Origin: Promethearchaeota archaeon
GTDB taxonomy: Archaea > Asgardarchaeota > Lokiarchaeia > Sigyniarchaeales > SOKP01
NCBI GenBank assembly: GCA_048938005.1
Contig: JBHLMQ010000001.1
Location: forward strand, 32,001-96,000
DNA: 64,000 nt
Direction: 5' to 3'
Positions 20,569 through 31,160 of this stretch are shown piece after piece. The notes under the pieces were generated by a model that searched no databases, was not told the DNA's origin, and saw nothing but the letters and a program-made list of their open reading frames with translations. A program made the translations under genes and the position numbers. Position 1 is the stretch's first letter, and each line of letters opens with the position of its first letter.

Positions 20569-22344
20569 TTATTTGGCTTTTTTTTTAACTAGTCCAATCA
20601 TCATTTTAAAATATTCCTTTAAATTTTTTGGAATATATTTGTTTAAGAAGTTTACTAAAAGATCCTCATCAATCTCTCGAAAGTTATCATTATTAATGTG
20701 TTTCTCAAATTCTAAAATCATTTGTTTTTGGATGGGTTTAGGAAGAAATCCTAAAATAAGGTAATACATACTTTTTCCTTTATTTATCCAAGTTATTTCA
20801 GTATCACCAATTTTTTCTTTAAAACCTTCCCTATTATCAATTAGATTTAAATGCTTATCTAAAATATCATTATCAAAAGGAATCCCAAGACGTTCATAAT
20901 GCTCAATTGGGGCATCATTCTTCTTCATTTCTTCAATCATTAATTTGATCATTCTCCTTTCAATCTGGGAATCTATAATAGGATTTTCCTGTTTTGGATC
21001 ATTTTGAAGATCAAATAGATAACTACCATATATATAGGGATTTATTGCCCTATATCTTGAGCTAAATCGCATAACTTTGCATCCTTTTGTGAAATCAAAG
21101 GATTTGGCTAGATCCATAGTTTTTATCTCATTAATAGAAAAGAAATCACGCATATGTGTTGGTATAAGGGTATAATTATAAAGTGGTTTATTCATGGGAT
21201 TTGTAGGACCTCTCATATATACAAATCTTCCATCTGTTATATTTACATGTGCACCATGAGTTCCAAAAAGAGCTGCCTCCCTTACTCTAACATCTGAATT
21301 AATTGTATCTTTTAAAACTTTACCCTGTATATCTTTTGGTCTTTTAATATTAAAAAATTCAAGTATAGTTGGTGCCAAATCTATTGTTTGTACAAGAGCA
21401 CTTCTTCTTTCATTATTCTTACCTAATCTTGGGTCCCAGATAAATAATGGAATTTGAGCAATTTCGTTATAAACTGGTGGTACTGTTTTAGCCCACCAAT
21501 CTTTTTCACCCAATAAAAAACCATGATCAGTGGTAACGATTAGCATCGTATCTTTCCACATATCTTTCTCGTCCATTAAGTTAATGATCTTTCCAAGATA
21601 ATGATCACACATGCTCACTGATGCAGCATATTCTTTTCGCATATGTTCCACTTGTTCTTCAGATTCTACTACTATATTATAATTTGGCCAATCGAAATGT
21701 GGTCCATTATAATCGTGTTTATATAAATCCTTATATTTCTTAGGAGTAAAGAAAGGTTCATGGGGATCAAACGTTTCAATATGTAAAAACCAGTTATTTT
21801 CTGTATGATTCTTTTCAATAAAATCTATAGCTTTTTTAAATGTTTTTGCTTGGGGCATATCCTCTTCATTTTTCATATATTTTCGATTTACCCAATCCTG
21901 ACGCCAACGAGGCCAGTTCTCTCGCATGTTATAAACATGTTCTGGAATTTCGGGATCTTTTACTTCACCTTTCCATGGATCTCCTTCATGTCCACGAACA
22001 ATTTCCCAAGTATTATATTGCGTATGATAGGTAGCACCTCCAACTTCCCAATAATGATAATGATCACTTACCAAATGTGTATAAATTCTTTTTTCTTTGA
22101 GGATTTTTTGCATTGAATCGTCAAAAGGCTCTAATGGCCCCCAACTTCTATGCAAAAAGTTATATCTTCCTGTATGAAGTTCTCTTCTAGCTGGTATACA
22201 CATTAGACTTCCAGAAAAATGATTATCAAATATTACTGTTTTTTCTGCTAATCTGTTAAAATTTGGAGTTTGAACCCATTTACAGCCATAGGGTTCAAGA
22301 AAATCCTTTCTTAATGTATCAAAAAAAATGAGTATTACTTTCAT
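20569..22344 (-). CDS. Cys-type sulfatase
   Basis: DTLRKD, CIPARRELHTGRY (CxPxR), DPHEPF and TDHG motifs. Confidence 0.92.
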   Translation of the reverse strand: MKVILIFFDTLRKDFLEPYGCKWVQTPNFNRLAEKTVIFDNHFSGSLMCIPARRELHTGRYNFLHRSWGPLEPFDDSMQKILKEKRIYTHLVSDHYHYWEVGGATYHTQYNTWEIVRGHEGDPWKGEVKDPEIPEHVYNMRENWPRWRQDWVNRKYMKNEEDMPQAKTFKKAIDFIEKNHTENNWFLHIETFDPHEPFFTPKKYKDLYKHDYNGPHFDWPNYNIVVESEEQVEHMRKEYAASVSMCDHYLGKIINLMDEKDMWKDTMLIVTTDHGFLLGEKDWWAKTVPPVYNEIAQIPLFIWDPRLGKNNERRSALVQTIDLAPTILEFFNIKRPKDIQGKVLKDTINSDVRVREAALFGTHGAHVNITDGRFVYMRGPTNPMNKPLYNYTLIPTHMRDFFSINEIKTMDLAKSFDFTKGCKVMRFSSRYRAINPYIYGSYLFDLQNDPKQENPIIDSQIERRMIKLMIEEMKKNDAPIEHYERLGIPFDNDILDKHLNLIDNREGFKEKIGDTEITWINKGKSMYYLILGFLPKPIQKQMILEFEKHINNDNFREIDEDLLVNFLNKYIPKNLKEYFKMMIGLVKKKAK

Positions 22345-22489
22345 TGTTTACTCCTAAAAATTATTGCTTTTAGCAATAGTATAATTATTTAAGATGTATT
22401 TTTTAATAATATGTAGAAAATTTTATAAAGATTTATAATTTTGAGTCAATTTAATAGAGTAATAGATACGATTTGTTAATTTTGGAATT

Positions 22490-23755
22490 ATGCTTAGGGT
22501 TGGAATAATAGGTTGTGGCGACATCGCAAGCTTAAATATTCTAGGTTATCTCCATTCACAAGATGCGGAAATTGTAGCCGTATCTGATACTGATATTAAA
22601 AAAGCTGGAGATAAATTAGACCAATGGGGCTTGAGAACTTTATAGGTTTATCTAGATTATCATCAAATGGTTGATCGTGAAGATTTAGATATAGTTGAAA
22701 TTCTAACTCCACATCATCTTCATGGACCAATGACGGAATATTGTGCTAAAGCTGGAGTCCCAGGTATTTCGGTTCAGAAGCCGATGGCACACACAATAAC
22801 AGATTGTGAAAGGATGATAAGGGTTTGTGAAGAAGAGAAAGTGAAATTAAAAGTATACGAGAACTTTCGATTCTCTCCCATATACTTAAAAGCTAAGGAA
22901 ATATTGGATAATGGAATTATAGGAGAATTTTTAAATTTTCGAATTAATTCAATAAATGCTGGGGGTCCCAGTATGCCAAGAGATCTTAAATCGATTGGAT
23001 GGCGTCAAAGTTTTGATATAAGTGGAGGAGGTCCATGGGTTTATGATGATGGAATTCATAAATTTTCTATGGCGCTTTGGTTAATGGGTCAAAAACAAGT
23101 TGAAAAAGTATATAGCTGGATTGATTATTTTTCAACAGTTTATGATGGACCAAGTTATGTATTTTGGAAATATCCAAGCAGATATTCTAATGAACCTCCT
23201 AAATATGGAATAATGGAAATCACACTAGCTCCAAATCTCTATTACCCTAGCAACTATTATGTGTGTGATGAATTTATTGAAATATCTGGTACAAAAGGAC
23301 TAATGTGGATAAATCAATGTACATGTGCTGGTAATTTTGTATCAAAAAGTCCCCAGTTCCCTCCAATTGTAGTGTATAGCAAAGGAGAAATAAACGCATA
23401 TGGAAATACCCTACCAAGAGATTGGAGATATTCCTTTATAAGATCAACAGAACATTTCATAGAAGTTATGAAGAGTGGAGGAGAACCTATTTATACTGGG
23501 GAACAAGGAAAAAATTTATCGATCTTTGCTAAAATGACGCATATCTCAGATCAGCAAAAAAGAACTGTCTTTTGGGAAGAAATTACTTCTGAGAATGAGG
23601 AAAATCGATCCTGTTTTGTTGAATCACCTAAAGACATCAATAGTGCTGGATTACATAAATTTTTCGCAAGAAAAAGAAAGGATTTAAGAAAGGGTGTTAA
23701 ACAAGGATTGATTCATAAAGAGTTGAAATATGACAAAGATTTACTAATAGATTAA
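22490..23755 (+). pseudogene. Gfo/Idh/MocA oxidoreductase interrupted by an in-frame TAG at 22643-22645 (nonsense allele, read-through or sequence error)
   Basis: ATG at 22490 gives the Rossmann start MLRVGIIGCGDIA, in frame with the 22667 ORF; the junction reads ...GLRTL*VYLDYHQM. Confidence 0.75.
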
Positions 23756-24867
23756 TTTATATCATCAAGAAAGATATCTCTTCCTTCTTCAACAGATTTA
23801 ATAGCAGCTAGATTAAATTTTAAAATATATCTTGCTTGATCGCCTGAAAATAGAGGTTCATCATTATTTTTTATAGCATCTATAAGAGAATTGGTTGCAT
23901 TAATAAAACTGAATTTCCAATCTTTTTCGAAATCTGTGTAGGTTTCTACTTTGCCATCTCTTATAATTACAATAGGAGGAAAAATTTCAGATTCTGATAT
24001 CTTGTTTCCTATAGATGTACCGTGGTTTATCTTCATTATCCCGCGACTGGCTATAATTTCAATAAATTCATCAACAGGATAATATTTTGAGTCCGAGAAA
24101 TCCATTTCTGGTAGCAATGCAAATTCCATATTACCATATTGTGGAACGACATGCTCTTTACTTTGTTTATATTTAAACATTACATATGCAGGCGCATCTA
24201 GACCTTGATATTTATCTGTCCATGCGAATACTTTTTCAATTTCTTCATTGAAGAACCACCAGGCTAAAGAAAAAGCATGCCATCCGTTATCAAAAAGAAC
24301 GGGGGAACCGTTATGCCCACCACCAATTTTTTTAGGATCTTTTCTCCAAAGTTCTGCGCTTTCGGGAATTTTCCAGCCACCTTTAGTGCCTATAGCAGTC
24401 TTAATCCGAATTGATGATGCATCACCGATGTAATCTTTATCTAATAATTCTTTTGCTTTAATAATATGGGGCGCAAAAATAAAATTCTCATATATCGAAA
24501 GAATTGATCCCGATTTTTTACATGTATCAATCATCTTATCAGCTTCTTCTAAAGTTAATGCCATAGGTTTTTGGACAGAGATTCCTTTTATTCCTTTTTG
24601 AGCAGCATAAATAGTGGCATCAGCATGAAGATGATGGGGTAAAAGTATCTCTACAAGGTCTAAATCTTCCTTTTCTAACATCTCCTTATAATCAGCATAT
24701 ATTGGTATATTCTTATCGAGATTAAATTTTTCAATTTTTTTTTTCGCTTTTTCAATAGTTCTATTGCATAAACAAGTGATTTGAACATCATTTCGATTAA
24801 GATATCCTAATATATTTAGGTCAAAAATAACACCCGTGCCAATGATCCCTACTTTTAGTTTTTCCAT
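23752..24867 (-). CDS. Gfo/Idh/MocA family oxidoreductase
   Basis: VGIIGTG, PHHLH, VQKPMA and DNGWH motifs; paralogue of the convergent neighbour. Confidence 0.9.
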   Translation of the reverse strand: MEKLKVGIIGTGVIFDLNILGYLNRNDVQITCLCNRTIEKAKKKIEKFNLDKNIPIYADYKEMLEKEDLDLVEILLPHHLHADATIYAAQKGIKGISVQKPMALTLEEADKMIDTCKKSGSILSIYENFIFAPHIIKAKELLDKDYIGDASSIRIKTAIGTKGGWKIPESAELWRKDPKKIGGGHNGSPVLFDNGWHAFSLAWWFFNEEIEKVFAWTDKYQGLDAPAYVMFKYKQSKEHVVPQYGNMEFALLPEMDFSDSKYYPVDEFIEIIASRGIMKINHGTSIGNKISESEIFPPIVIIRDGKVETYTDFEKDWKFSFINATNSLIDAIKNNDEPLFSGDQARYILKFNLAAIKSVEEGRDIFLDDIN

Positions 24868-24943
24868 ACTAAGTTCTTAAAATTTTTCCTTGAATTAAAA
24901 TTTAATATTGTTATAATGATAATTATATTCTCATAAATCAAAT

Positions 24944-25867
24944 TCATGAAATAAAATAAAATGTTAAAGAGATTATCCCTAATATAAATATAACTACTCC
25001 TACTGCTCTTCCCATTGTTTTAGCAGACAATCTTTGTACGTACAATGATGCTATTATTCCTGTTATTATTGATCCTATTGCTAAATAAAATGATATTTCT
25101 AAATTAAAAAAAAATTGTCCTTTAATTGCAATTCCTAAAAATTGATAAATTAAAAATGTACTTAAACACATTAGAATGCTTAATATTAAAGCTGTACCAA
25201 CTCCTTTTTTAATTGGATACCCATAAATTATAACTAATGCTAGTACAAATATGAAACCTGAATTTGCACCAAATAAACCAGAATTTAGCCCTATTATAAT
25301 TCCAAAAATAAGTGCTAAAACATAAAATAACCGTGAACCACTAGGGATAAAACCTTGAATATCTTCTCCTTTTGTATCAAATTCTGCATCGACTTGGTTT
25401 TCTTTTTTATCAAGTTTTTCATTTCTATTATCTTTTTTTAAAAATTTCTGAGCTATATTACGTATAGTTTTTTTCAATGTTTCTGTTGTAGGAAAACCAC
25501 GATAAAGAAAAAAGAAACCTAAGATTATAATAAATAGAGGTAAAAACCATCCATATATATTACCTAGTGGCGATGTCAATAAAATGAAAACCCCTAAAAG
25601 TGATATTAACATAGCTATTATTATAATAATTAAAATATCTGTCCTAATTTTAAATTGTCTCTTTCTTATATATCCAATGGTTACAAAAGCCGAAGTAATT
25701 AAATCATTTAACAAATTTATAGCGATTGCTAAAAACCCATTGCCTGTGAATAGAAGTACAACAGGGAGTACAACACCTTGACCTGTCTGACCAACAAAAC
25801 TGATACTTATTCCTACAAGAGCTCCAATCAATATTAAAGTGATAATCTGATAAATTTCTAAACTCAT
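24944..25867 (-). CDS. Sulfite exporter TauE/SafE family protein
   Basis: Two GxxG-rich repeats (GQTGQGVVLP; SGLFGANSG) and KKGVGTAL. The start is probably the ATG at 25867 rather than 25948. Confidence 0.8.
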   Translation of the reverse strand: MSLEIYQIITLILIGALVGISISFVGQTGQGVVLPVVLLFTGNGFLAIAINLLNDLITSAFVTIGYIRKRQFKIRTDILIIIIIAMLISLLGVFILLTSPLGNIYGWFLPLFIIILGFFFLYRGFPTTETLKKTIRNIAQKFLKKDNRNEKLDKKENQVDAEFDTKGEDIQGFIPSGSRLFYVLALIFGIIIGLNSGLFGANSGFIFVLALVIIYGYPIKKGVGTALILSILMCLSTFLIYQFLGIAIKGQFFFNLEISFYLAIGSIITGIIASLYVQRLSAKTMGRAVGVVIFILGIISLTFYFIS

Positions 25868-26017
25868 AGAGAACCGATTTCGGATAAATTTTTGAAATGT
25901 GATTTTATATTCATTAGGTAAACATTTATAGTTATTCTTTTTAACCAATAGATAGTTTTATATCTTTTTAGAACAAATGTCATTTAAAAAATAATTAATA
26001 AATAAACATCAATAAAA

Positions 26018-27301
26018 ATGGATTTAGAAATTTCAAAAGAAGATGCAGATTATATGTATGATTTAGTAGAGAAAATTATTGAAGAGGTAGGCCCACGTAT
26101 GCCTTGTAGTCTGCAAGAAGCTGAAGGGGCAAAAAGAATTAAAACTGAACTTGAACAAACATGTGATGAAGTAGTTGTAGAACCATTTACATGTCATCCA
26201 AAAGCATTTCTAGGATGGATTAAGATAATAATAATTATGACCTTCATTTCTATGATCTGCTATCTATTCATGCAATGGGTATCTGATATTTTATTAATAG
26301 GTTTTAGTTTAATCTCTTTTTTATTAACATTTCTATCATTTTTAATAATGTGGGAAGAATTTTTCAATTATAATGAGTTTATCGATCCCTTATTTCGTAA
26401 AAAAAGTTCTCAAAATGTAATTGGTAAGTTTAGATCAAATGAAAAACAAGAAAGAATAATAATTTTTTCAAGTCATATTGATTCGGCTCTACAATTTAAT
26501 TTACTCAAACTTTTGAGATGGGGTTTTATTCCCCTTGCATTGCTAGGAATATTAATAATTTTAACCTGGTTAGTCTTATCATTTATCAACTTGATAATAA
26601 TAATAATTGGATTCATTTCTTTTAAGGGGATATTTTTCTGGACTACAATTTGGATGTTAATAATTGGAACTCCTTGTTTTATTGGATTGTATTTCTTTGT
26701 ACCACTTGGAGATAAAGGAAATGTTGTTCCTGGAGCGGTTGATAATCTGAGTAGCTGTTCAGTTATAGTAGGACTAGGAAGATATATAAAAAAGCATAAA
26801 GAAATAATGCCTGAAAATACTGAAATTAGGTTAATTAGTTTTGGTTGCGAAGAGAGTGGATTACGTGGGTCACGACGTTATTGTTCTGCCCATTTAGAAG
26901 AATTAAAAAGATTTGATGCTGTTGTTGTTAATATGGATGGATTAGAAACTTCAGATGCATTTCTTATTATAGAATATGAGCCTACAACTCGAACAAGACA
27001 TTCGGAAGAGATAATTCAAAAACTACTAAAAGCCGTAGAATTAGTAGGTATTAAAGCTAAACGATTTGGTGCAGGAAAATTAGAAAAAACTATTGGCAGA
27101 TTAAGTGGGGGATCTGATGCTGCTCCGTTTTCAAAAGCAAATATTAAGGCTGCATTTTTAAATTCAGCTGATTGGAAACATCGTTCAAGTTATTATCATC
27201 AAGATACCGATACTCCCGATAAAATAAAAGATGGAACTTTAGAAAATGCCTTAAAAATTTGTATCGCTTTCCTATTAAATGAGAAAAAGAATTCAGTATG
27301 A
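26018..27301 (+). CDS. Membrane-embedded M28 family metallopeptidase
   Basis: SHIDS, GAVDNLS, CEESGL, SDAAPF and YH motifs with four TM helices inserted. Confidence 0.85.
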   Translation: MDLEISKEDADYMYDLVEKIIEEVGPRMPCSLQEAEGAKRIKTELEQTCDEVVVEPFTCHPKAFLGWIKIIIIMTFISMICYLFMQWVSDILLIGFSLISFLLTFLSFLIMWEEFFNYNEFIDPLFRKKSSQNVIGKFRSNEKQERIIIFSSHIDSALQFNLLKLLRWGFIPLALLGILIILTWLVLSFINLIIIIIGFISFKGIFFWTTIWMLIIGTPCFIGLYFFVPLGDKGNVVPGAVDNLSSCSVIVGLGRYIKKHKEIMPENTEIRLISFGCEESGLRGSRRYCSAHLEELKRFDAVVVNMDGLETSDAFLIIEYEPTTRTRHSEEIIQKLLKAVELVGIKAKRFGAGKLEKTIGRLSGGSDAAPFSKANIKAAFLNSADWKHRSSYYHQDTDTPDKIKDGTLENALKICIAFLLNEKKNSV

Positions 27302-27351
27302 AAATTTAAATTTTATTAGAATGTAATTTATCTAATTTAGAAGAAATAATT

Positions 27352-28254
27352 TTGAATGATAAAATAAATCAATTTTTAGGAAATTTATTTGAAACTAGCG
27401 AACTAAATCGCCTTCATAAAAAGTATGGAGGAGGTAGAATCTTTTCTAATCCTAGAATTGGGGTTGCGCAAGGAGATGATCCAATATTTCAGAAATTTAA
27501 AGAGGTAATAAGCCCAGAACACTTAACCCCTTTTGAATTATGGTTGACAGAAAATCAAGAGAGGGTTCCAGCTTCAAAACTTAGGGTAATCTCGATTGTT
27601 TTTCCTTTCGTTGACAAAATTCGTGAAGAAAGTAAGAATGTAATAAAGTTACGACGAGTTACACTCCCTGCAGAAGTTTATTCTGTAGGAAGGAATTATG
27701 CTAATCCTTTTAAAAAAGAGGTATGTAGGCTAATTATTGAATTTCTTAATAAAAAAGGGTATAGAGCTGTAGCTGGAATGTTAAGTGAATCATTTACAAT
27801 AATTGCAAAGGGAAGATTCTACTCCAATTGGTCAGAACGTCATATTGCATTTGCTACGGGTTTAGGAACGTTTAGTTTACATGAAGGTTTGATTACTGAG
27901 GTAGGGTGTAATATTAGATTAGCTTCTATAGTTACTGATGCACCTCTAAAAATTACTCCGAGAAAAAGTGATAACCCATATGGAAATTGTTTATATTATT
28001 CAGAAGGTACTTGTAGAAAATGTGAAGAGAGATGTCCTGGTAATGCAATTGATGAAAATGGTCATGATAAAATTAAATGTTATGAATATGGTCAAAAAGT
28101 AGCAAGAAGAATAATTTCACGTATTGGCCCTATTTTAAAACCTCATATTCGTCGTGTTAATGGGAAATTGAGACCTGCAACTTTTCCTGTGGGATGTGCA
28201 TTTTGTCAATTTGGAGTTCCTTGTATGGATAAAAATCCAACAAAAGAAATATGA
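27352..28254 (+). CDS. Epoxyqueuosine reductase-like (QueG/RdhA-related) 4Fe-4S protein
   Basis: WSERHIAFATGLGTFSL, RLASIVT, CxxCxxxCP and CAFCQFGVPC motifs. Confidence 0.8.
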   Translation: MNDKINQFLGNLFETSELNRLHKKYGGGRIFSNPRIGVAQGDDPIFQKFKEVISPEHLTPFELWLTENQERVPASKLRVISIVFPFVDKIREESKNVIKLRRVTLPAEVYSVGRNYANPFKKEVCRLIIEFLNKKGYRAVAGMLSESFTIIAKGRFYSNWSERHIAFATGLGTFSLHEGLITEVGCNIRLASIVTDAPLKITPRKSDNPYGNCLYYSEGTCRKCEERCPGNAIDENGHDKIKCYEYGQKVARRIISRIGPILKPHIRRVNGKLRPATFPVGCAFCQFGVPCMDKNPTKEI

Positions 28255-28301
28255 AACTAATACTTTAAAAAATAATTATTATAGTTTTATAGTGTTTAAT
28301 T

Positions 28302-29969
28302 ATGCCAATTCAAAAGGAAAAATTAGATCCAAGTAGAGCTTATGAGAGAGCTTTATTTCGTGCTTGTGGTTATTCTTATGAAGATTTACAAAAACCAAAA
28401 GTAGCAATTGTTAACTCCTGGAATGAAATTAATCCTGGGCATATACATTTACGTAAACTAGCTGAATTTGTTAAGAAGGGTGTTAAAGAAGCGGACGGCA
28501 CCCCTATGGAATTTAACACAATTGCCATTTGTGATGGGATTGCAAACTCAGGAAATTTTTCTAAATATGTTTTGCCCTCTCGAGAGATTATAGCAGCATC
28601 TATTGAATGTACAATAAAAGCATATGACTTCGATGGGATGGTAATGTTATGTTCATGTGACAAAATAATCCCCGGTATGCTTTTAGCAGCAGCTAGATGT
28701 AATATTCCTACAATCTTTTTAACTGGAGGGATAATGTTGCCTAAAACTTTTCAAGATGGGCCTCTAAAGGGAAAAACATTTGTAACTTCCGATATTAAAG
28801 AGGCAATTGGTAAATTTAATGCAGGTTTAATATCAGAACAGGAATTATTTCTTATTGAATCAGAAACATGTTGTTCTGCTGGAGCTTGTAATATGATGGG
28901 TACAGCAAATACTATGGCATGCATTGTTGAAGCGATGGGGCTTTCTTTACCCGATTGTGCTACAATGAGTGCCGTTAGTAAAGAAAGAGAAGAGTTATGT
29001 AAAGAAACTGGTAAAATTATCATGAATTTAATTGATAAAAATGTAAATGCTTTAAATTTAATCACACATGAATCTATTGAAAATGCTATAAAAGTAGCAT
29101 TGTCATTTGGCGGTTCTACTAACATGATACTCCATTTATGTGCGTTATTACATGAGATAGGGGGTAATTTAACTCATTTTGATTTTGAAAGAATGAGCAA
29201 ATCCGTTCCTCTATTAGCAAAATTCAAACCTGCTTCAGATTATAATCTTTCAGAATTTCATGAAGCTGGAGGTGTTAAGGTTTTAATGAAAAAATTATCA
29301 AGCCTTTTAAATTTATCTACAAATACTGTATTTGGTTTAACTCTAAATGAATATCTTGAAAAAGTCGAATTTGATGATTATCAAATTATAAGAAATTTAA
29401 AAGATCCAATTGAAAATGAGGGGGGGATTGCTGTATTAAAGGGAAGTTTAGCACCTGAAGGAGCAATTGTAAAACATAGTGCGATGGATCCAAAAATGAT
29501 GTATCATAAGGGAGCTGCGAAAGTTTTTGAGTGTGAAGAAGAAGTATGTGAAGCCTTATTTTCTAATAAAGTAAAAGAAGGTGATGTATTGGTTATCCGT
29601 TATGAAGGACCTAAGGGTTCTCCGGGGATGAGAGAATTATCAATTCCAGCAGCAATTTTAGTGGGTATGGGATTGGGTGATTCGGTAGCAATGATAACTG
29701 ATGGAAGATATTCTGGAGCCACAAGGGGACCTTGTATAGGACATGTATGCCCTGAAGCATATGAAGGAGGACCAATTTCAATTATCCAAGATGGAGATTT
29801 GATAGAAATAGATATTAAAAGCCGTAAATTAGATTTATTAATCCCTCAGGATGAAATTGATAAACGATTAAATGAATGGGAAAAACCTGAAAAAAAGATT
29901 AAAACTGGTTATCTAGAAATTTATAGAAAAATTGTAAGCTCTGCGAAAGAGGGAGCTTTTTTAAAATAA
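28302..29969 (+). CDS. ilvD: Dihydroxy-acid dehydratase (IlvD/Edd family)
   Basis: [35 protein letters not shown] and TDGRYSG motifs. Confidence 0.9.
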   Translation: MPIQKEKLDPSRAYERALFRACGYSYEDLQKPKVAIVNSWNEINPGHIHLRKLAEFVKKGVKEADGTPMEFNTIAICDGIANSGNFSKYVLPSREIIAASIECTIKAYDFDGMVMLCSCDKIIPGMLLAAARCNIPTIFLTGGIMLPKTFQDGPLKGKTFVTSDIKEAIGKFNAGLISEQELFLIESETCCSAGACNMMGTANTMACIVEAMGLSLPDCATMSAVSKEREELCKETGKIIMNLIDKNVNALNLITHESIENAIKVALSFGGSTNMILHLCALLHEIGGNLTHFDFERMSKSVPLLAKFKPASDYNLSEFHEAGGVKVLMKKLSSLLNLSTNTVFGLTLNEYLEKVEFDDYQIIRNLKDPIENEGGIAVLKGSLAPEGAIVKHSAMDPKMMYHKGAAKVFECEEEVCEALFSNKVKEGDVLVIRYEGPKGSPGMRELSIPAAILVGMGLGDSVAMITDGRYSGATRGPCIGHVCPEAYEGGPISIIQDGDLIEIDIKSRKLDLLIPQDEIDKRLNEWEKPEKKIKTGYLEIYRKIVSSAKEGAFLK

Positions 29970-29988
29970 TAAAATAATCTATTTTAGT

Positions 29989-31143
29989 ATGATTGATGAA
30001 AAGCGTATATCATTTAATTTAAAAGAGTTTTCTTTTCCAAGATTATCTGGAACTGAATTTGAGAAAAAAAGTTTCAATATCGCTAAAAGGAAAATAGAAG
30101 ATTTAAATCTTATTCCAATGGTTCAAGAATTTTCATTTAGCACTTTCTATTCACGAGTTTATCCAAAAATTTCTCTAACATTACTAAGTTGGCTCCTTAT
30201 AGTCTTGTTTTTAAATATACAAGTGGTGTTTACGATAATTAATTTATCTCTAATTCTAATATTGATTTTGGTTCTTATTATTCTTACCAGGAATTCAGAG
30301 AATATCAAAATTGGACGAAAATTTTATTCTCAAAATTTATTTGTAAAAATATCGTCTCAACCTAAAAATAAAAGCTCAAATGGTAATATTTTTCTCTTTT
30401 CACATTTAGATTCAAAAGGACAGTTACTCTCAATAAAAATTCGAATCCGATTATATTATATATGGATTATCTCTTTTACTTTAAGTCTCCCATTTAATTT
30501 ACTTGACTCTTTTTTCTTTCAACAATCTTTTCTACTATTACATATATTCGCCATTTTAATATTAGTTATCAATTGTGGAGCCACTATTATGATCTTACTA
30601 AATACTACAAATAACAATTCTAAAGGGGCAATAGATAATGCCTCTGGCGTATCATGTGTTTTAGAACTGCTAAATTATTATTCGAAATCAGAAAATAGAC
30701 TTAAAAATTATAATTTATGGTTTGTTTTTACAGGTGCAGAAGAATCTGGCACTATGGGAATAAGAAATTTTTATAGATATATGAAAGACTATGATAGAGA
30801 TAAAACTTTTATAATCAACTTTGACTCTATTGCTAAAACAATAAATTTGTGGGATCATGGTCTCCTTAATAATAAATACTTTAAATCTGATAAATATATT
30901 TTAGAAAATAGGGAGATAATGAGTTTAGAGAAGACACGGAGAATATATATTGGCACATATAGCGATGGAATGTTTCTTCTAAGTAAGAGATTCAAAGGAC
31001 TTGGCAATGGAGATAAAAGCTCTTATAATTATATTCATTCGGTTAATGATGATGCGGATAAAATAGATATAACAGTTTTGAAAACACTCTGCCAATTTTA
31101 TATAGTTTTATTAAGTGAAGTTGATATTAATTTAAATAAATAA
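29989..31143 (+). CDS. Membrane-embedded M28 family peptidase
   Basis: FPRLSGT, SHLDSK, GAIDNASG and AEESG motifs. Confidence 0.85.
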   Translation: MIDEKRISFNLKEFSFPRLSGTEFEKKSFNIAKRKIEDLNLIPMVQEFSFSTFYSRVYPKISLTLLSWLLIVLFLNIQVVFTIINLSLILILILVLIILTRNSENIKIGRKFYSQNLFVKISSQPKNKSSNGNIFLFSHLDSKGQLLSIKIRIRLYYIWIISFTLSLPFNLLDSFFFQQSFLLLHIFAILILVINCGATIMILLNTTNNNSKGAIDNASGVSCVLELLNYYSKSENRLKNYNLWFVFTGAEESGTMGIRNFYRYMKDYDRDKTFIINFDSIAKTINLWDHGLLNNKYFKSDKYILENREIMSLEKTRRIYIGTYSDGMFLLSKRFKGLGNGDKSSYNYIHSVNDDADKIDITVLKTLCQFYIVLLSEVDINLNK

Positions 31144-31160
31144 TCTAAGAGTACTGATTA

